A stretch of DNA of 64,000 nucleotides from Enterobacter phage ZX14. A program made the translations under genes and the position numbers. The first letter of the stretch is position 1. The number at the start of each line of letters is the position of its first letter. A model generated the notes under the pieces. That model saw nothing but the letters and a program-made list of their open reading frames with translations, searched no databases and was not told where the DNA came from. The stretch lies in the sequence record PP236086.1; one strand, 5' to 3'. Below are positions 12,609-26,076 of the stretch, in pieces.

Positions 12609-12626
12609 GGGCCTTCGGGCCCTTTC
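12609..12626 (+). terminator. UUCG-tetraloop hairpin GGGCC-TTCG-GGCCC + TTT after gp8
   Basis: perfect 5-bp GC stem with TTCG loop followed by short T run, then late promoter. Confidence 0.45.
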
Positions 12627-12633
12627 GGGGCTA

Positions 12634-12641
12634 TAAATATT
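12634..12641 (+). promoter_or_regulatory. late promoter TATAAATA for gp9
   Basis: exact TATAAATA about 25 nt upstream of gp9 ATG. Confidence 0.55.
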
Positions 12642-12665
12642 GATATACAATAAAGAGGCTAAATT

Positions 12666-13526
12666 ATGATTCCACAAGTAAATGGCAAACTTTTAATCGA
12701 CGTTGGAGAGATTGGTAACGCCTCTACCGGCGATATTCTCTACGACGGTGGTGTTAAACTCAACACAGATTTAAACAACATCTATAATACATTCGGTGAC
12801 CAACGTCTAGCCGATGTATATGATTCACAGAAATTACATGCGACCGGATATTATCAAAAGGTTACTAAGACTTCGGATTTCGGACCTGGTGTAGACCCTG
12901 GCACTCAGGCTGACGTAGATACTTCAGCTGGCAATATAATTTGTGCTGTTCGAAATGGTAAAGTAGGCGAAGGCGTAGTCTTTATCAATAGCACAGGTAG
13001 TTTTAGCACAGAAAACTTTTTTGAGATTCAAGTAGTAGATAGTTTTGTTTCTATTCCTTCTGGGAACCTTCGTGTTACTACGCCTTTTAGTAGAATTACT
13101 GTTTGGTGTGTTAGTGTAGAAGGCGGCGTAGTTAAATGGGATTATAGCATCGAAAGTATGTTCGGTGATAAGTCAATTCCTTTAAACAAAACGTTCCAAC
13201 TTTCTAATGTTAAACGTGATATTCAGCTTTTCCCTAAAGGACAATATCAAACAGCTAAAATATTAGCAACCGCTTCTACTACAGACGGAACTAAATATAA
13301 AGTATCTGAAATCCTTTTATACGTTGATAGCGTTGCTAATAAAGTATATTCGACTGAATATGCGGTTATAAGAGGTGGAGCCACAGACGACGAAGATGAA
13401 TTATATGATTTGACGTTTAGCTCTCCTGTAGGCGATTATATAATTGCTACAGTAAATAGCCCGAGCCCAACAATGCGCTTGGCTCTTAAAATAGTAGAAA
13501 CGCAATCATTTGGGGTTACTATCTAA
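12666..13526 (+). CDS. 9: gp9 baseplate wedge / long tail fibre socket
   Basis: 286 aa (T4 288), synteny. Confidence 0.9.
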   Translation: MIPQVNGKLLIDVGEIGNASTGDILYDGGVKLNTDLNNIYNTFGDQRLADVYDSQKLHATGYYQKVTKTSDFGPGVDPGTQADVDTSAGNIICAVRNGKVGEGVVFINSTGSFSTENFFEIQVVDSFVSIPSGNLRVTTPFSRITVWCVSVEGGVVKWDYSIESMFGDKSIPLNKTFQLSNVKRDIQLFPKGQYQTAKILATASTTDGTKYKVSEILLYVDSVANKVYSTEYAVIRGGATDDEDELYDLTFSSPVGDYIIATVNSPSPTMRLALKIVETQSFGVTI

Positions 13527-15343
13527 TGAAACAAAATCTTAATGTAGGTAACGTTGTAGACGACGGTACCGGTGATTACCTGAGAAAAGGTGGTCTTAAG
13601 CTTAATAATAACTTTGATGAGTTATATTATCAATTAGGCGATGGCTCATTCCCGCACGCTGCAGGTGCATGGAAAACATATTCCGCTACACAGGGTGCTG
13701 TATTAACGGCTAACTTTGGTAAATCATATGCTTTGAATACTACTAGCGGGCGTATTACCGTAAATCTACCTAAAGGGACTATTGATAACTATAACTATGT
13801 TATTCGTCTGAGAGATGTATTCGGTACATGGCAACGCAACCCAGTTAGAATAGTTCCTGCTGCTGGTGATACCATTAAGGGTTCTCCTAACGCAGTAGAA
13901 ATTAACAGAAACTTTGCCGACCTAGAATTAGTTTATTGCTCACCTGGTCGTTGGGAATATATCAAGAACAAATCAATCGACCGTATTGATAACAATGATA
14001 TCGCCACAGTAGCAACTCAAGAATTTATTGCTACACAAGGACAAAGGGATTTCATGAACATCTTTTCTGCTCATGATTACAACCCTACGAACTTGAAAGT
14101 TTTCCATCGTGGTAACTTATTGTTCTACGGTAAAGATAATGTTTTTGATCCTGTTAACGCTGAAGTAGGTTCTCCTGTTCCAGGTAATTCGACTGCACTT
14201 CAGGCATATGATGGCAAAAATATAAGACTTCGTAACGCATGTAATGAAGGCGATACTGTTATTGTTGTGTCTTATATGGATGGTTTAGGCCAATGGCGAT
14301 CTTCATATAACCGTAGACAAGTCCGTGTTCTTGATTCTAAGTATACAAATAAAACTACTATAAATGGTAGTGTTATTGTTGACGATTTAGAAAATAAAAA
14401 AGTTTTTACCATGGCTGAACTGGGTGTTACTCCAGACCAACCTGTGAACCCTAATGCGGTTGAATTGTCTATAAACTCTGTCCTTCAATACCAGGCAGGT
14501 ACAGCTGGTTTACCTGTATTCCGATGTGAAGGTGCCGATACTGAAGACGCAGACGACTGTTATGCTTTAGGTGGCCAATGGGTTGAATCCGCTACTGATT
14601 TCCTTTTTGATTCGGGACCGGACGGTATTATTGTTGAAGAAGTTAGATTTGATAAACCTTTAGAACACGGTGATATTATCACTTTAGTTTGGTATAACAA
14701 TAATATCGGAACCACACTAGAATTAGAAGAAATTTTATTAGAGACTGATTCTAGATATGTTTCTGGTATGGACACTGTTAACATCACAGGTGATGTTCGT
14801 ATCACGGATGTTAATAATCCGTTCTGGCCTAACGTTGAACCAGCTGCTCCTACAGAATTCCAACCAAGTACGGTACCGGCTATTTTCGATTTAGTCTATC
14901 CTATTGGAAGTGTTTATGAAAATACTGTGAACCCTAATAACCCTTCTACTTATATGGGCTTTGGCCTTTGGAAAAGATTGGAAGGAACTGTTTTAGTAGG
15001 TTGGTCTTCATCTCCTGGTACTAGGTTTAACCTGAATAATAACCACTTAGATACTACAGGAAAACAGCAAAGTACAGCAGGTGGCACAGGCGGTAATGAT
15101 GATTTGACTCTTAAAGCAGGTCAAATTCCTATGCTTAGAACCGACGACAAAGTTCTAGTCGTAGACCCTAATGGTCCTATTGTGGTTGGTGGATGTCAAT
15201 TTGACCCGGATGCATCAGGTCCTGCTTATACAAAATATCGTGAAGCTCAAGCTACAATCAATAAAGAAAATATTATTGACCCTGCTAGTATTGATATCAT
15301 GAACCCATATATAACCGTTTATCGTTGGATGAGGGTTGCTTAA
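13526..15343 (+). CDS. 10: gp10 baseplate wedge
   Basis: 605 aa (T4 602), synteny. Confidence 0.9.
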   Translation: MKQNLNVGNVVDDGTGDYLRKGGLKLNNNFDELYYQLGDGSFPHAAGAWKTYSATQGAVLTANFGKSYALNTTSGRITVNLPKGTIDNYNYVIRLRDVFGTWQRNPVRIVPAAGDTIKGSPNAVEINRNFADLELVYCSPGRWEYIKNKSIDRIDNNDIATVATQEFIATQGQRDFMNIFSAHDYNPTNLKVFHRGNLLFYGKDNVFDPVNAEVGSPVPGNSTALQAYDGKNIRLRNACNEGDTVIVVSYMDGLGQWRSSYNRRQVRVLDSKYTNKTTINGSVIVDDLENKKVFTMAELGVTPDQPVNPNAVELSINSVLQYQAGTAGLPVFRCEGADTEDADDCYALGGQWVESATDFLFDSGPDGIIVEEVRFDKPLEHGDIITLVWYNNNIGTTLELEEILLETDSRYVSGMDTVNITGDVRITDVNNPFWPNVEPAAPTEFQPSTVPAIFDLVYPIGSVYENTVNPNNPSTYMGFGLWKRLEGTVLVGWSSSPGTRFNLNNNHLDTTGKQQSTAGGTGGNDDLTLKAGQIPMLRTDDKVLVVDPNGPIVVGGCQFDPDASGPAYTKYREAQATINKENIIDPASIDIMNPYITVYRWMRVA

Positions 15344-16005
15344 TGTTTAGTTTATCACGTTCTAAGGCGGGAGTAATATCTCGCCTTGCCGATTATCTTC
15401 AATTTCGGCTAAATCCTAATAAAACAGATTTTGTAGCAGGACAAAGGGCTGTAGGTGGCCCTTCAGCCTCTCAAACGCAATTAGGTATTTTTTATCCTAC
15501 TGTCCAGGGTGCAATTGATGATTTGGTAGGTCGTTGTGATTTACCTGTAAATACTGTAGTAATTAACACAGACGGACTTCCGCCTGGCTTTACTAATCAA
15601 ACAGACCAACTTAAATTTAGTGGTATTGTTCAAGGCCCGACCGGTTCAGAACAAATGATTTATGTTTTAGGCTTCCCAGTTAAAGTCGCTGAAGGTGATA
15701 CTGATATATCAGTAGCAGCTAAAGCACATGCTGTCTTAACCGATGCTGTTGTTAATTCTATTGCGATTTCATCTGTAGAAATAGATAGTACTGACTCTAC
15801 AGTATTAAATATTACATATAATGATTATCAGACACATATTTACCAGCCAGTGCCTCAATACGGTATTTCAATAACTCAAACTATTGTAGTAGAAGGTAAA
15901 GCCGGATACGGTAACTGGGCTAGAATGGGTACTGTGGACCAAACTTTGACCGGTGGCGAAGTTGATGGTAATATTACTTTGTATTATTTTAGAAGAGAAT
16001 CATAA
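15343..16005 (+). CDS. 11: gp11 baseplate wedge / short tail fibre attachment
   Basis: MFSLSRSKAGVISRLADYLQFR matches T4 gp11 N-terminus (..NKAGVISRLADFLGFR); start at ATG overlapping gp10 stop. Confidence 0.9.
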   Translation: MFSLSRSKAGVISRLADYLQFRLNPNKTDFVAGQRAVGGPSASQTQLGIFYPTVQGAIDDLVGRCDLPVNTVVINTDGLPPGFTNQTDQLKFSGIVQGPTGSEQMIYVLGFPVKVAEGDTDISVAAKAHAVLTDAVVNSIAISSVEIDSTDSTVLNITYNDYQTHIYQPVPQYGISITQTIVVEGKAGYGNWARMGTVDQTLTGGEVDGNITLYYFRRES

Positions 16006-17579
16006 TGACTACTAATACAATACGTCACGTCAGTGACGAATCAGTATACAAAATTTTTAAACCCGCAGGAACCGCATTTCCTTCTAATATCACAAACGTT
16101 CAGGCTGCCTTAGCAGCCTTGAACCCTATTGCGATTAATGGCATCCCTAATGCAACACAAACTGTTGTAGGGATAAGTCGATTTGCGTCTCAGGCGGAGG
16201 TAGATAGCGGCACTCTTAACAACGTTAGTGTTTCTCCAGCAACATTAAAGTCCGCCATCCTGCGTCCACCTGCAACGACTACAGTAGCGGGTCTTACTAG
16301 ATATGCTACTACTTCGGAAGCCTTAGCAGGAACAGTAGGTGATGCTGCGGTGGTTCCTACAGGACTTAAAGCTTCTGTTGATGCAGCAAAAACACAAATT
16401 CTTTCTACCCAAGCCACTGAACTAGTTATGGGTCTGGCTAAAATATCTACACAAGCTGCTGCTTTAGCAGGTGCAGATGATTTAACTATAATGACCCCTA
16501 AAAAAGTTGCGCTAGCTATTGGTAAAGCTATTGCGACCGTTCCGTCATATTCTAACGCGTCTGAAACAAATTATGGCTTAGTTAGAATGGCTACTGCCGG
16601 TGAAGTTCAGGCAGGTAACGTTGGTAACGCGGTTGCAATATCCCCAGCAAATTTAAAAACTTTAATTTCTACTACTTCGAGAAATGGTTTAATTTCTATT
16701 GCTTCTGGTGCTGAAGTCGCTGCTGGTACTAATAATACCAAAGCTATTACTCCAGCTGCATTATTATCTAGAACAGGTAATGAAAGTAGAACAGGTCTTC
16801 TTAAAACAACTCGAACTGTTGGTTCAGGTGATGGAAGCACTGCATTAGCGTATAATGCGAATGTTATTTCAACCCAAGGCAACCAATCTATTAATGGTGG
16901 ATTGACTCTTACGGGTCTTCAGATTAATGGGCAGGCTAATATAACATCAAATACGACAATTGGCGGTAATTTAACTGTATCAGGCGGGATTACTTCTAGA
17001 GGACAACAAGTTGTTACTATCGATATGATAGGTGACGACGTTCCTGTAGGTGTTATTGTTATGTGGATTGGTGCTGCAAATAAGGTCCCAGCCAAATGGC
17101 GTATTTGTGATGGTGGATATACTTATTCTGCATCTTCAAACCCGGCTCTGTGGAATGTTTTACCTACCGGGCGTGTTCCTGATATGAGGGGTTTATTTGT
17201 TCGTGGTGCTGGTGTTGGCGCTGATATTCTTAATGCCCGATCGCCTGATAGTAAAGGTAAACCAGGTCTTGGTGTAGGTTGTGGTGCTGGTGCGGTTGGT
17301 ACAGTTCAAGCTCAAGCTGTTAAGAAACACAAACACAACAGTGGATGGGGTGAACATAATAGAAAATCCGACGCATATTTCGGTTCTACTATGATAAACG
17401 GTAAACGTGGTAGTAATAGAACAGATAGTGATAACTGGCTGTATTTCACTAATGACGGCGAAGAGACTGAACCGGAAAATATCCGAGATTCATTCGGAAC
17501 AATGAACCCTAAAGACCTTATGCAAGACGAAAACCGTCCTTGGAACATCGCAGTATATTATATCATCAAAATCCAATAA
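16005..17579 (+). CDS. 12: gp12 short tail fibre
   Basis: 524 aa (T4 527), Ala/Thr-rich repeats then C-terminal receptor-binding part. Confidence 0.9.
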   Translation: MTTNTIRHVSDESVYKIFKPAGTAFPSNITNVQAALAALNPIAINGIPNATQTVVGISRFASQAEVDSGTLNNVSVSPATLKSAILRPPATTTVAGLTRYATTSEALAGTVGDAAVVPTGLKASVDAAKTQILSTQATELVMGLAKISTQAAALAGADDLTIMTPKKVALAIGKAIATVPSYSNASETNYGLVRMATAGEVQAGNVGNAVAISPANLKTLISTTSRNGLISIASGAEVAAGTNNTKAITPAALLSRTGNESRTGLLKTTRTVGSGDGSTALAYNANVISTQGNQSINGGLTLTGLQINGQANITSNTTIGGNLTVSGGITSRGQQVVTIDMIGDDVPVGVIVMWIGAANKVPAKWRICDGGYTYSASSNPALWNVLPTGRVPDMRGLFVRGAGVGADILNARSPDSKGKPGLGVGCGAGAVGTVQAQAVKKHKHNSGWGEHNRKSDAYFGSTMINGKRGSNRTDSDNWLYFTNDGEETEPENIRDSFGTMNPKDLMQDENRPWNIAVYYIIKIQ

Positions 17580-17588
17580 GGAATTAAA

Positions 17589-18956
17589 ATGATCGAACAT
17601 TTGGAATTAAAAAATCTTCCATATGTCGATGGCTATCCTGAAGCAGACCAGAAGCGCATCCCATGGGTGCGCAATGGCGAATGTTTAGACGGTGCTACGA
17701 CAAAATATGGTAATGATGGCACATTGAATGGCGCGCCGTTAGGAATTCAGCGAAACGTTGAAAGGCTTGAAGAAAACTCTGAACTTACTAAAGATGCTTT
17801 AAATGTAGTTATTGACAATGTTAATAACATTAATGAAGCCTTAGAAGCGGGTTCTGATGTAAGTATCATCCAACAGGTTTCTAAAAACAAAGAAAATATA
17901 GAAATTCTTCAGGTCCATATGCAATTTGCTGAAGATAATATTGGAGACCTTTATACCGACACCGAATTCCTTAAAGAAGATTTAGGTGTTTATGACCCAG
18001 CGCTTGACGGATATTATCGTCCTGTTCGTGACGATATTGTATTCCTGAAAAAAGAAATTGGTCAATACCCAGACCAGGATATAAACGGTCAGTCTAAACC
18101 AGGTGCAGAAGCAACTGGTATGAAGCGTCGCATTATTAACAATAGCTCGGCTATTGTTTCTCATGCTATCAGAATTAAAACTTTAGAGGATAATTACACC
18201 GATTCTGACGTAGGTTCATTAAGTATTAAAATTAATGAGCTGCGCTCTGAATTAGGCCCTAGAGCAAGTTCTATCGGTAAGCCTGACGTTTATACTCGCC
18301 TTGATTCTTTAGATTCCATTACTGATATTTCCAAAGAATCTATTGACGAAATTAAAGAAGCTATCGGTTTAGGTAGCGGCGCTTCTATTAACACCAGGAT
18401 GAGTTCTGCTGAATCTAGACTAAATGCTATTGATGTTAATCTGAATACTCCTATTACAGGATTAAACCCTAAGGTTGCTAGCATAGAAAGCGCTATCGGT
18501 ACTTCTTCAGAAGCGTCTACTATAAACGGTAGATTGTACAGATTAAGAGAAGATCATAATGCTTTAGCCGCTATTGTTGGGAATGATTCAAGCTCAGGTC
18601 TTCGTGGACAGGTTGCATGGATGTCTGAAACAATTGGCACATCTGTCAATCCGGCTCCTACAAGTATTCAAGGTCGGCTGACTTCAGTCACCACTATGGC
18701 TACTTCTTCTGCTTCCGATATCCAAGATATCCAAGTCGAAATCGGTACAAACCAAACTGGTTTAAAAGGTTCTGTTCTGACGTTAACACGACAAATGAAT
18801 GGTACAAACCCTAATGGGAATACTGTTGAAGAACGTGGTGTAGTTAATAGTGTTAAACAATTAGAAACCAATAAGATTTCTGATGCTCCTAGAGATGGCC
18901 AGGCTTACGTCCGTGTAGACGGTGCTTGGGTTCTTTTAAGTACATTCTTATCGTAA
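17589..18956 (+). CDS. wac: fibritin (whisker antigen control) with C-terminal foldon
   Basis: N-terminus similar to T4 Wac; C-terminal APRDGQAYVRVDGAWVLLSTFL is the foldon motif. Confidence 0.9.
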   Translation: MIEHLELKNLPYVDGYPEADQKRIPWVRNGECLDGATTKYGNDGTLNGAPLGIQRNVERLEENSELTKDALNVVIDNVNNINEALEAGSDVSIIQQVSKNKENIEILQVHMQFAEDNIGDLYTDTEFLKEDLGVYDPALDGYYRPVRDDIVFLKKEIGQYPDQDINGQSKPGAEATGMKRRIINNSSAIVSHAIRIKTLEDNYTDSDVGSLSIKINELRSELGPRASSIGKPDVYTRLDSLDSITDISKESIDEIKEAIGLGSGASINTRMSSAESRLNAIDVNLNTPITGLNPKVASIESAIGTSSEASTINGRLYRLREDHNALAAIVGNDSSSGLRGQVAWMSETIGTSVNPAPTSIQGRLTSVTTMATSSASDIQDIQVEIGTNQTGLKGSVLTLTRQMNGTNPNGNTVEERGVVNSVKQLETNKISDAPRDGQAYVRVDGAWVLLSTFLS

Positions 18957-18957
18957 T

Positions 18958-18978
18958 AAAGGGCTTCGGCCCTTTTTT
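18958..18978 (+). terminator. rho-independent terminator GGGC-TTCG-GCCC + T6
   Basis: hairpin with UUCG loop followed by TTTTTT after wac. Confidence 0.7.
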
Positions 18979-18980
18979 GG

Positions 18981-18988
18981 CATAAATA
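18981..18988 (+). promoter_or_regulatory. late-promoter variant CATAAATA for gp13
   Basis: CATAAATA ~25 nt upstream of gp13 ATG; same variant recurs upstream of alt. Confidence 0.4.
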
Positions 18989-19013
18989 CTTATATCTAAT
19001 ATGAGGACATCTT

Positions 19014-19940
19014 ATGGCTACAGAATCTTATAACCCTAAACAACTCAAGGATTCGATCCTTAGACGTTTAGGTGCACCAATTATTAATATTGAAGTTACT
19101 ACTGATCAAGTGTACGATTCAATCCAGCGCGCCCTGGAGCTTTATGGCGAATATCATTATGATGGATTTAACAAAAACTATTTTGCGTTCCATATCGGTG
19201 AAGAACAACTTGCACGTGATTTAGTATTTGACCTTTCAGGGCGTGGCGTATTTGCTGTGACCCAGATTGTTCGAACTAACGTTGGTTCTTTAACATCGAT
19301 GGACGGGCAGGCTACTTATCCGTGGTTCACTGACTTTGTTCTTGGCTTAGCCGGTATTAATGGTGGTATGGGCTCGAGTTGTAATACGTTTGGACCTAAT
19401 GCTTTCGGCGCGGACCTTTCTTATTTTACCCAGCTTATGCAATACCGTTCTATGATGCAGGATATCATGGTTCCACTTCCTGATTATTGGTATAACGATG
19501 ACACTGAAATGCTTAAAGTAATGGGCAACCTTCGTAAAGGCGACCTGTTAATTGTCGAAGTATATACTCAAAGTTTTATTGGTGTAGATGGGATGGCAGT
19601 AGGTCAGGCCGGTGTTGGATATGCTCAATCTTGTTCTACGGACCCTTGGTCTTTACAAGACAAATATGAAGCTCCTTGGAGAACAACCGGCCCAGCTCGT
19701 GCTGGTGAATCTACTGCTCCTAGACAAGGCGCATATAACAACCGTTGGGTTAAAGATTATGCTACTGCATTAACAAAAGAAGTTTGGGGTAACGTTCTCG
19801 CTAAACACCAAGGAATGCAGATGCCAGGTGGTGTAACTGTAGACGGTATGCGTTTAATCGAAGAAGCTCGACTTGAAAAAGAACGTCTCCGTGAAGAACT
19901 CGATTTACTTGACCCACCTTTCGGTATTTTGGTAGGATAA
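19014..19940 (+). CDS. 13: gp13 neck protein
   Basis: 308 aa (T4 309), synteny. Confidence 0.9.
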   Translation: MATESYNPKQLKDSILRRLGAPIINIEVTTDQVYDSIQRALELYGEYHYDGFNKNYFAFHIGEEQLARDLVFDLSGRGVFAVTQIVRTNVGSLTSMDGQATYPWFTDFVLGLAGINGGMGSSCNTFGPNAFGADLSYFTQLMQYRSMMQDIMVPLPDYWYNDDTEMLKVMGNLRKGDLLIVEVYTQSFIGVDGMAVGQAGVGYAQSCSTDPWSLQDKYEAPWRTTGPARAGESTAPRQGAYNNRWVKDYATALTKEVWGNVLAKHQGMQMPGGVTVDGMRLIEEARLEKERLREELDLLDPPFGILVG

Positions 19941-19941
19941 T

Positions 19942-20718
19942 ATGGCAACTTTCGATTCAAGTTTATTTGCAAAGCTCGAGAATAACACGGGCTATAATAA
20001 CACGAACGAAACTGAAATATTAAACCCGTATGTAAACTGGAATCACTATTCTAATGTCCAAACGTTAGCTGATTCTATTGTGGCTGAATCCGTTCAGATG
20101 CGTGGTATTGAACTTTATTATATCCCACGTCAATATGTCAAACCAGATATTATCTTTGGTGAAGACCCACGGTCTAAGTTTGATAAAGCCTGGAAATTTG
20201 CAGGATATTTGAATAGCTTTGACGGTTACAGCGGTGACAATACTTATTACAGTAAGTTCGGTATGATGGTTAATGATGAGGTTGAAATCACTATTAACCC
20301 AAATCTCTTTAAACACCAAGTGAACAATAAAGAACCACAATCTGGTGATTTGATTTATTTCCCTATGGACAACAGTCTATTTGAAATAAATTGGGTTCAA
20401 CCTTATGACCCGTTCTATCAGGTCGGTCAGAACGCAATGCGTAAACTTACAGCAACTAAGTTTGTTTACTCTGGCGAGGAAATTAAACCATCACTTCAAA
20501 GAAATGAAGGGATTAATATTCCTGAATTCAGTGAACTTGATTTAATGCCGGTTCATAATATTGATGGATTGGCCGATACCAATATCGAGCAATATGCGGA
20601 GTCTAATGCATTTAATGAAGAAGCCGCTGAATTCGTCGAACCTTATGTAGTTATTAACGGTAAAGGTGATATGGCTCCTCCTAAGAGCTCTCCTTTTGAT
20701 GATGATTTTATGTCATAA
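19942..20718 (+). CDS. 14: gp14 neck protein
   Basis: 258 aa (T4 256), synteny. Confidence 0.9.
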   Translation: MATFDSSLFAKLENNTGYNNTNETEILNPYVNWNHYSNVQTLADSIVAESVQMRGIELYYIPRQYVKPDIIFGEDPRSKFDKAWKFAGYLNSFDGYSGDNTYYSKFGMMVNDEVEITINPNLFKHQVNNKEPQSGDLIYFPMDNSLFEINWVQPYDPFYQVGQNAMRKLTATKFVYSGEEIKPSLQRNEGINIPEFSELDLMPVHNIDGLADTNIEQYAESNAFNEEAAEFVEPYVVINGKGDMAPPKSSPFDDDFMS

Positions 20719-20772
20719 ATAAAGCATATAATACCCCGGCTCCGGCCGGGAATAACTCACTGGAGGTGAACT

Positions 20773-21638
20773 TTGTTTGGTCATTGGTACAATTCATCTC
20801 TTCGTCGTTACATTGTTCTAATGGGTGACCTTTTTTCCCACGTTCAAATACAACGTATGCGCGAAGATACTGGGATGAAATATATTAAGGTCCCTATTAC
20901 ATACGCATCTAAAGAACACTTTATGATGCAGCTTGGCAAAATAAACGCCATTCAAAATATTCCTTCGCCTGATATGTCTCCTGAAGAAAGAGCTGCTCAG
21001 ATTGCGAAGATTGAAACCATTCTACCTCGTATGAACCTTCATTTGGTTGATATGATGTACAACGCACAGTATAAAACAGCCCTTCAAAACAGGTCGATGG
21101 CCCAATATAGGGATAATGACCCTAGAAAAGCAATAAGCCAATTCAGTCCTGTTCCTATGAAAATGATTTTTGAATTAGGCCTTTATACTAGAAACCAAGA
21201 TGATATGTTTCAAATCATCGAACAGATTATGCCGTATTTCCAGCCACATTTTAATACGACAATAACTGAACTTTATACTAACGAAATCAAATTTGAACGT
21301 GATATCAGAATTGTATTCCAATCGTTAGCGATGGACGAAGTAATTGAAGGTGATGCCGCATCTAAGCGTCGTCTTGAATGGTCTATCATGTTTGAAGTAA
21401 ATGGCTGGCTTTATCCTCCTGTTTCTAATTTAGAAGGTGAGATTAAAACAGTTTATCTGGACTTCTTTGCTAATAGCAGAGAATTAAAACCAGAAGGTAA
21501 TTTTGAATCAGTGGACTCTGAAGTTGTCCCTCGTGACGTAGAACAAAGCGAGTGGGACGGCGAATTAATACAGACATATGATTCATCAGGTAAACCTATT
21601 CCGGTCGCCCCTGAGCCACCAGGACCACGAGGTACATA

Positions 21639-21639
<1 letters not shown>
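20773..21639 (+). CDS. 15: gp15 tail sheath stabiliser / tail completion, apparent TTG start
   Basis: [13 protein letters not shown] matches T4 gp15 MFGYFYNSSFRRY; the first codon in this frame is TTG preceded by GGAGG SD. Confidence 0.8.
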
Positions 21640-23953
<2,314 letters not shown>

Positions 23954-23956
<3 letters not shown>

Positions 23957-23961
23957 ATAAG
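23954..23961 (+). promoter_or_regulatory. late promoter TATAAATA for gp18
   Basis: exact TATAAATA overlapping gp17 stop, ~30 nt before gp18 ATG. Confidence 0.55.
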
Positions 23962-23988
23962 ATAAAGCAAACTATTTGAGGAATTAAA

Positions 23989-25968
23989 ATGGCTTTATTA
24001 TCTCCGGGCGTAGAGCTCAAAGAAACCAGTGTACAGAGCACTGTGGTTCGTAATGCTACGGGTCGTGCTGCTCTGGTTGGTAAATTCCAGTGGGGTCCTG
24101 CATTCCAGGTTGTACAAGTTACTAACGAAGTAGAACTTGTTGATATGTTTGGTGGTCCTACTAATGAAGTTGCCGATTATTTCATGTCTGGCATGAACTT
24201 CCTTCAGTATGGTAATGACCTTCGTACTGTTCGTGTTGTTAACCGTGACGTTGCTAAAAACGCATCACCAGTAGCAGGGAATATTGAAACAACCATTCTC
24301 ACTGCTGGTAGTAACTATAAAGTTGGCGATGCCATTCGCGTCAAATATCTCCAGACCGTTATCGAAGAAGATGGTAAAGTAACAAAAGTAGATACTGATG
24401 GTAAAATTCAGGCAGTGTTCATTCCATCTGGCAAGATTATCGCTCATGCGAAATCTGTTGGCCAATATCCAGCATTAGGTTCTGCATGGACTGCTGAAAT
24501 TACTTCTTCAAGTTCTGGTGTTTCTGGTACTATTTCTATCGGTAAAATCGTAACTGATTCCGGTATTCTGTTGACCGAAGCTGAATCCGCCGAATCAGAA
24601 ATTACTTCTTTAGATTTCCAGGAATCTCTGGCTAAATATGCAATGCCTGGTGTTGTAGCTCTTTATCCAGGCGAAATCGGTTCTACTATTGAAGTCGAAA
24701 TTGTTTCTTATGCCGATTTCCAAAAAGGTAATGCTCTGCAATTGCCTATTTACCCTACTGGTGGTACTCGTGCTTCTGTAGCCAAGGCTATTTTCAACTA
24801 CGGCCCACAGACCGAAAACCAGTACGCTATTATTGTTCGTCGTGAAGGCGCAGTAGTAGAGAACGTTATTCTGTCCACTAAGCGTGGCGAAAAAGACGTT
24901 TATGGTAATAACATCTTTATGGATGATTATTTCGCTAAGGGTACTTCAAACTACATCTTTGCAACTTCTCTGAACTGGCCTGCTGGTTTCAGTGGTGTTA
25001 TTCAGATGCAGGGTGGTGTTTCTGCAAACGATCAAGTTACCGCTGGTGACCTGATGCAAGGTTGGGATTTGTTCGCTGACCGTGAAGCTCTTCATATTAA
25101 CCTGCTGATTGCTGGTGCTTGTGCCGGTGAAGGTGATGCAGTTGCTTCTACCGTTCAGAAACACGTTGTAAGTATTGCCGACGAACGTCAGGATTGCTTG
25201 GCATTTATTTCTCCACCTAAAGGTCTGTTGGTTAATGTTCCACTGGCTCGTGCAGTAGATAATTTAATCGATTGGCGTGGCGGTACCGGTTCATTTGATA
25301 CCGACAACATGAATATCAGCTCTACTTATGCTGCTATTGATGGAAACTATAAATACCAGTACGACAAATATAACGATGTAAACCGTTGGGTTCCATTAGC
25401 TGCTGATATGGCAGGCTTGTGTGCTCGTACCGATGATGTTTCTCAGCCTTGGATGTCTCCGGCCGGTTATAACCGTGGTCAGATTCTGAACGTCATTAAA
25501 TTGGCTATTGAACCACGTCAAACTCAGCGTGACCGTATGTACCAGGATGCTATTAACCCAGTTGTTGGTTTTGCTGGTGGTGATGGCTTCGTTCTGTTCG
25601 GCGATAAGACTGCAACCAAAGTCCCAAGCCCAATGGACCATATCAACGTACGTCGTCTGATGAACATGCTGAAGAAAAATATCGGCGATGCTTCTAAATA
25701 CAAACTGTTCGAGTTGAACGACAACTTCACTCGCTCTAGCTTCCGTATGGAAACTTCACAGTACTTAGAAGGTATTCGTGCTCTTGGCGGTATTTACGAA
25801 GGTCGTGTAGTTTGTGACACCACGAACAACACCCCATCCGTTATTGACCGTAACGAGTTCGTGGCTAGCATTTATGTTAAGCCAGCGCGCAGCATCAACT
25901 ATATCACTCTGAACTTCGTAGCTACATCTACCGGTGCTAACTTCGATGAACTGATTGGTCCAGCCTAA
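23989..25968 (+). CDS. 18: gp18 tail sheath
   Basis: 659 aa, identical length to T4 gp18. Confidence 0.95.
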   Translation: MALLSPGVELKETSVQSTVVRNATGRAALVGKFQWGPAFQVVQVTNEVELVDMFGGPTNEVADYFMSGMNFLQYGNDLRTVRVVNRDVAKNASPVAGNIETTILTAGSNYKVGDAIRVKYLQTVIEEDGKVTKVDTDGKIQAVFIPSGKIIAHAKSVGQYPALGSAWTAEITSSSSGVSGTISIGKIVTDSGILLTEAESAESEITSLDFQESLAKYAMPGVVALYPGEIGSTIEVEIVSYADFQKGNALQLPIYPTGGTRASVAKAIFNYGPQTENQYAIIVRREGAVVENVILSTKRGEKDVYGNNIFMDDYFAKGTSNYIFATSLNWPAGFSGVIQMQGGVSANDQVTAGDLMQGWDLFADREALHINLLIAGACAGEGDAVASTVQKHVVSIADERQDCLAFISPPKGLLVNVPLARAVDNLIDWRGGTGSFDTDNMNISSTYAAIDGNYKYQYDKYNDVNRWVPLAADMAGLCARTDDVSQPWMSPAGYNRGQILNVIKLAIEPRQTQRDRMYQDAINPVVGFAGGDGFVLFGDKTATKVPSPMDHINVRRLMNMLKKNIGDASKYKLFELNDNFTRSSFRMETSQYLEGIRALGGIYEGRVVCDTTNNTPSVIDRNEFVASIYVKPARSINYITLNFVATSTGANFDELIGPA

Positions 25969-26050
25969 TAAACGCCAGGGCTCTTTAATTAGGGCCCTGA
26001 TAAATCTATTGGTTGTTGAATTTAAATCAATCAGGCGCCGCCTGGCAACG

Positions 26051-26058
26051 TATAAATA
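26051..26058 (+). promoter_or_regulatory. late promoter TATAAATA for gp19
   Basis: exact TATAAATA ~20 nt upstream of gp19 ATG. Confidence 0.55.
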
Positions 26059-26076
26059 TACAAAGAGAGACTACAA

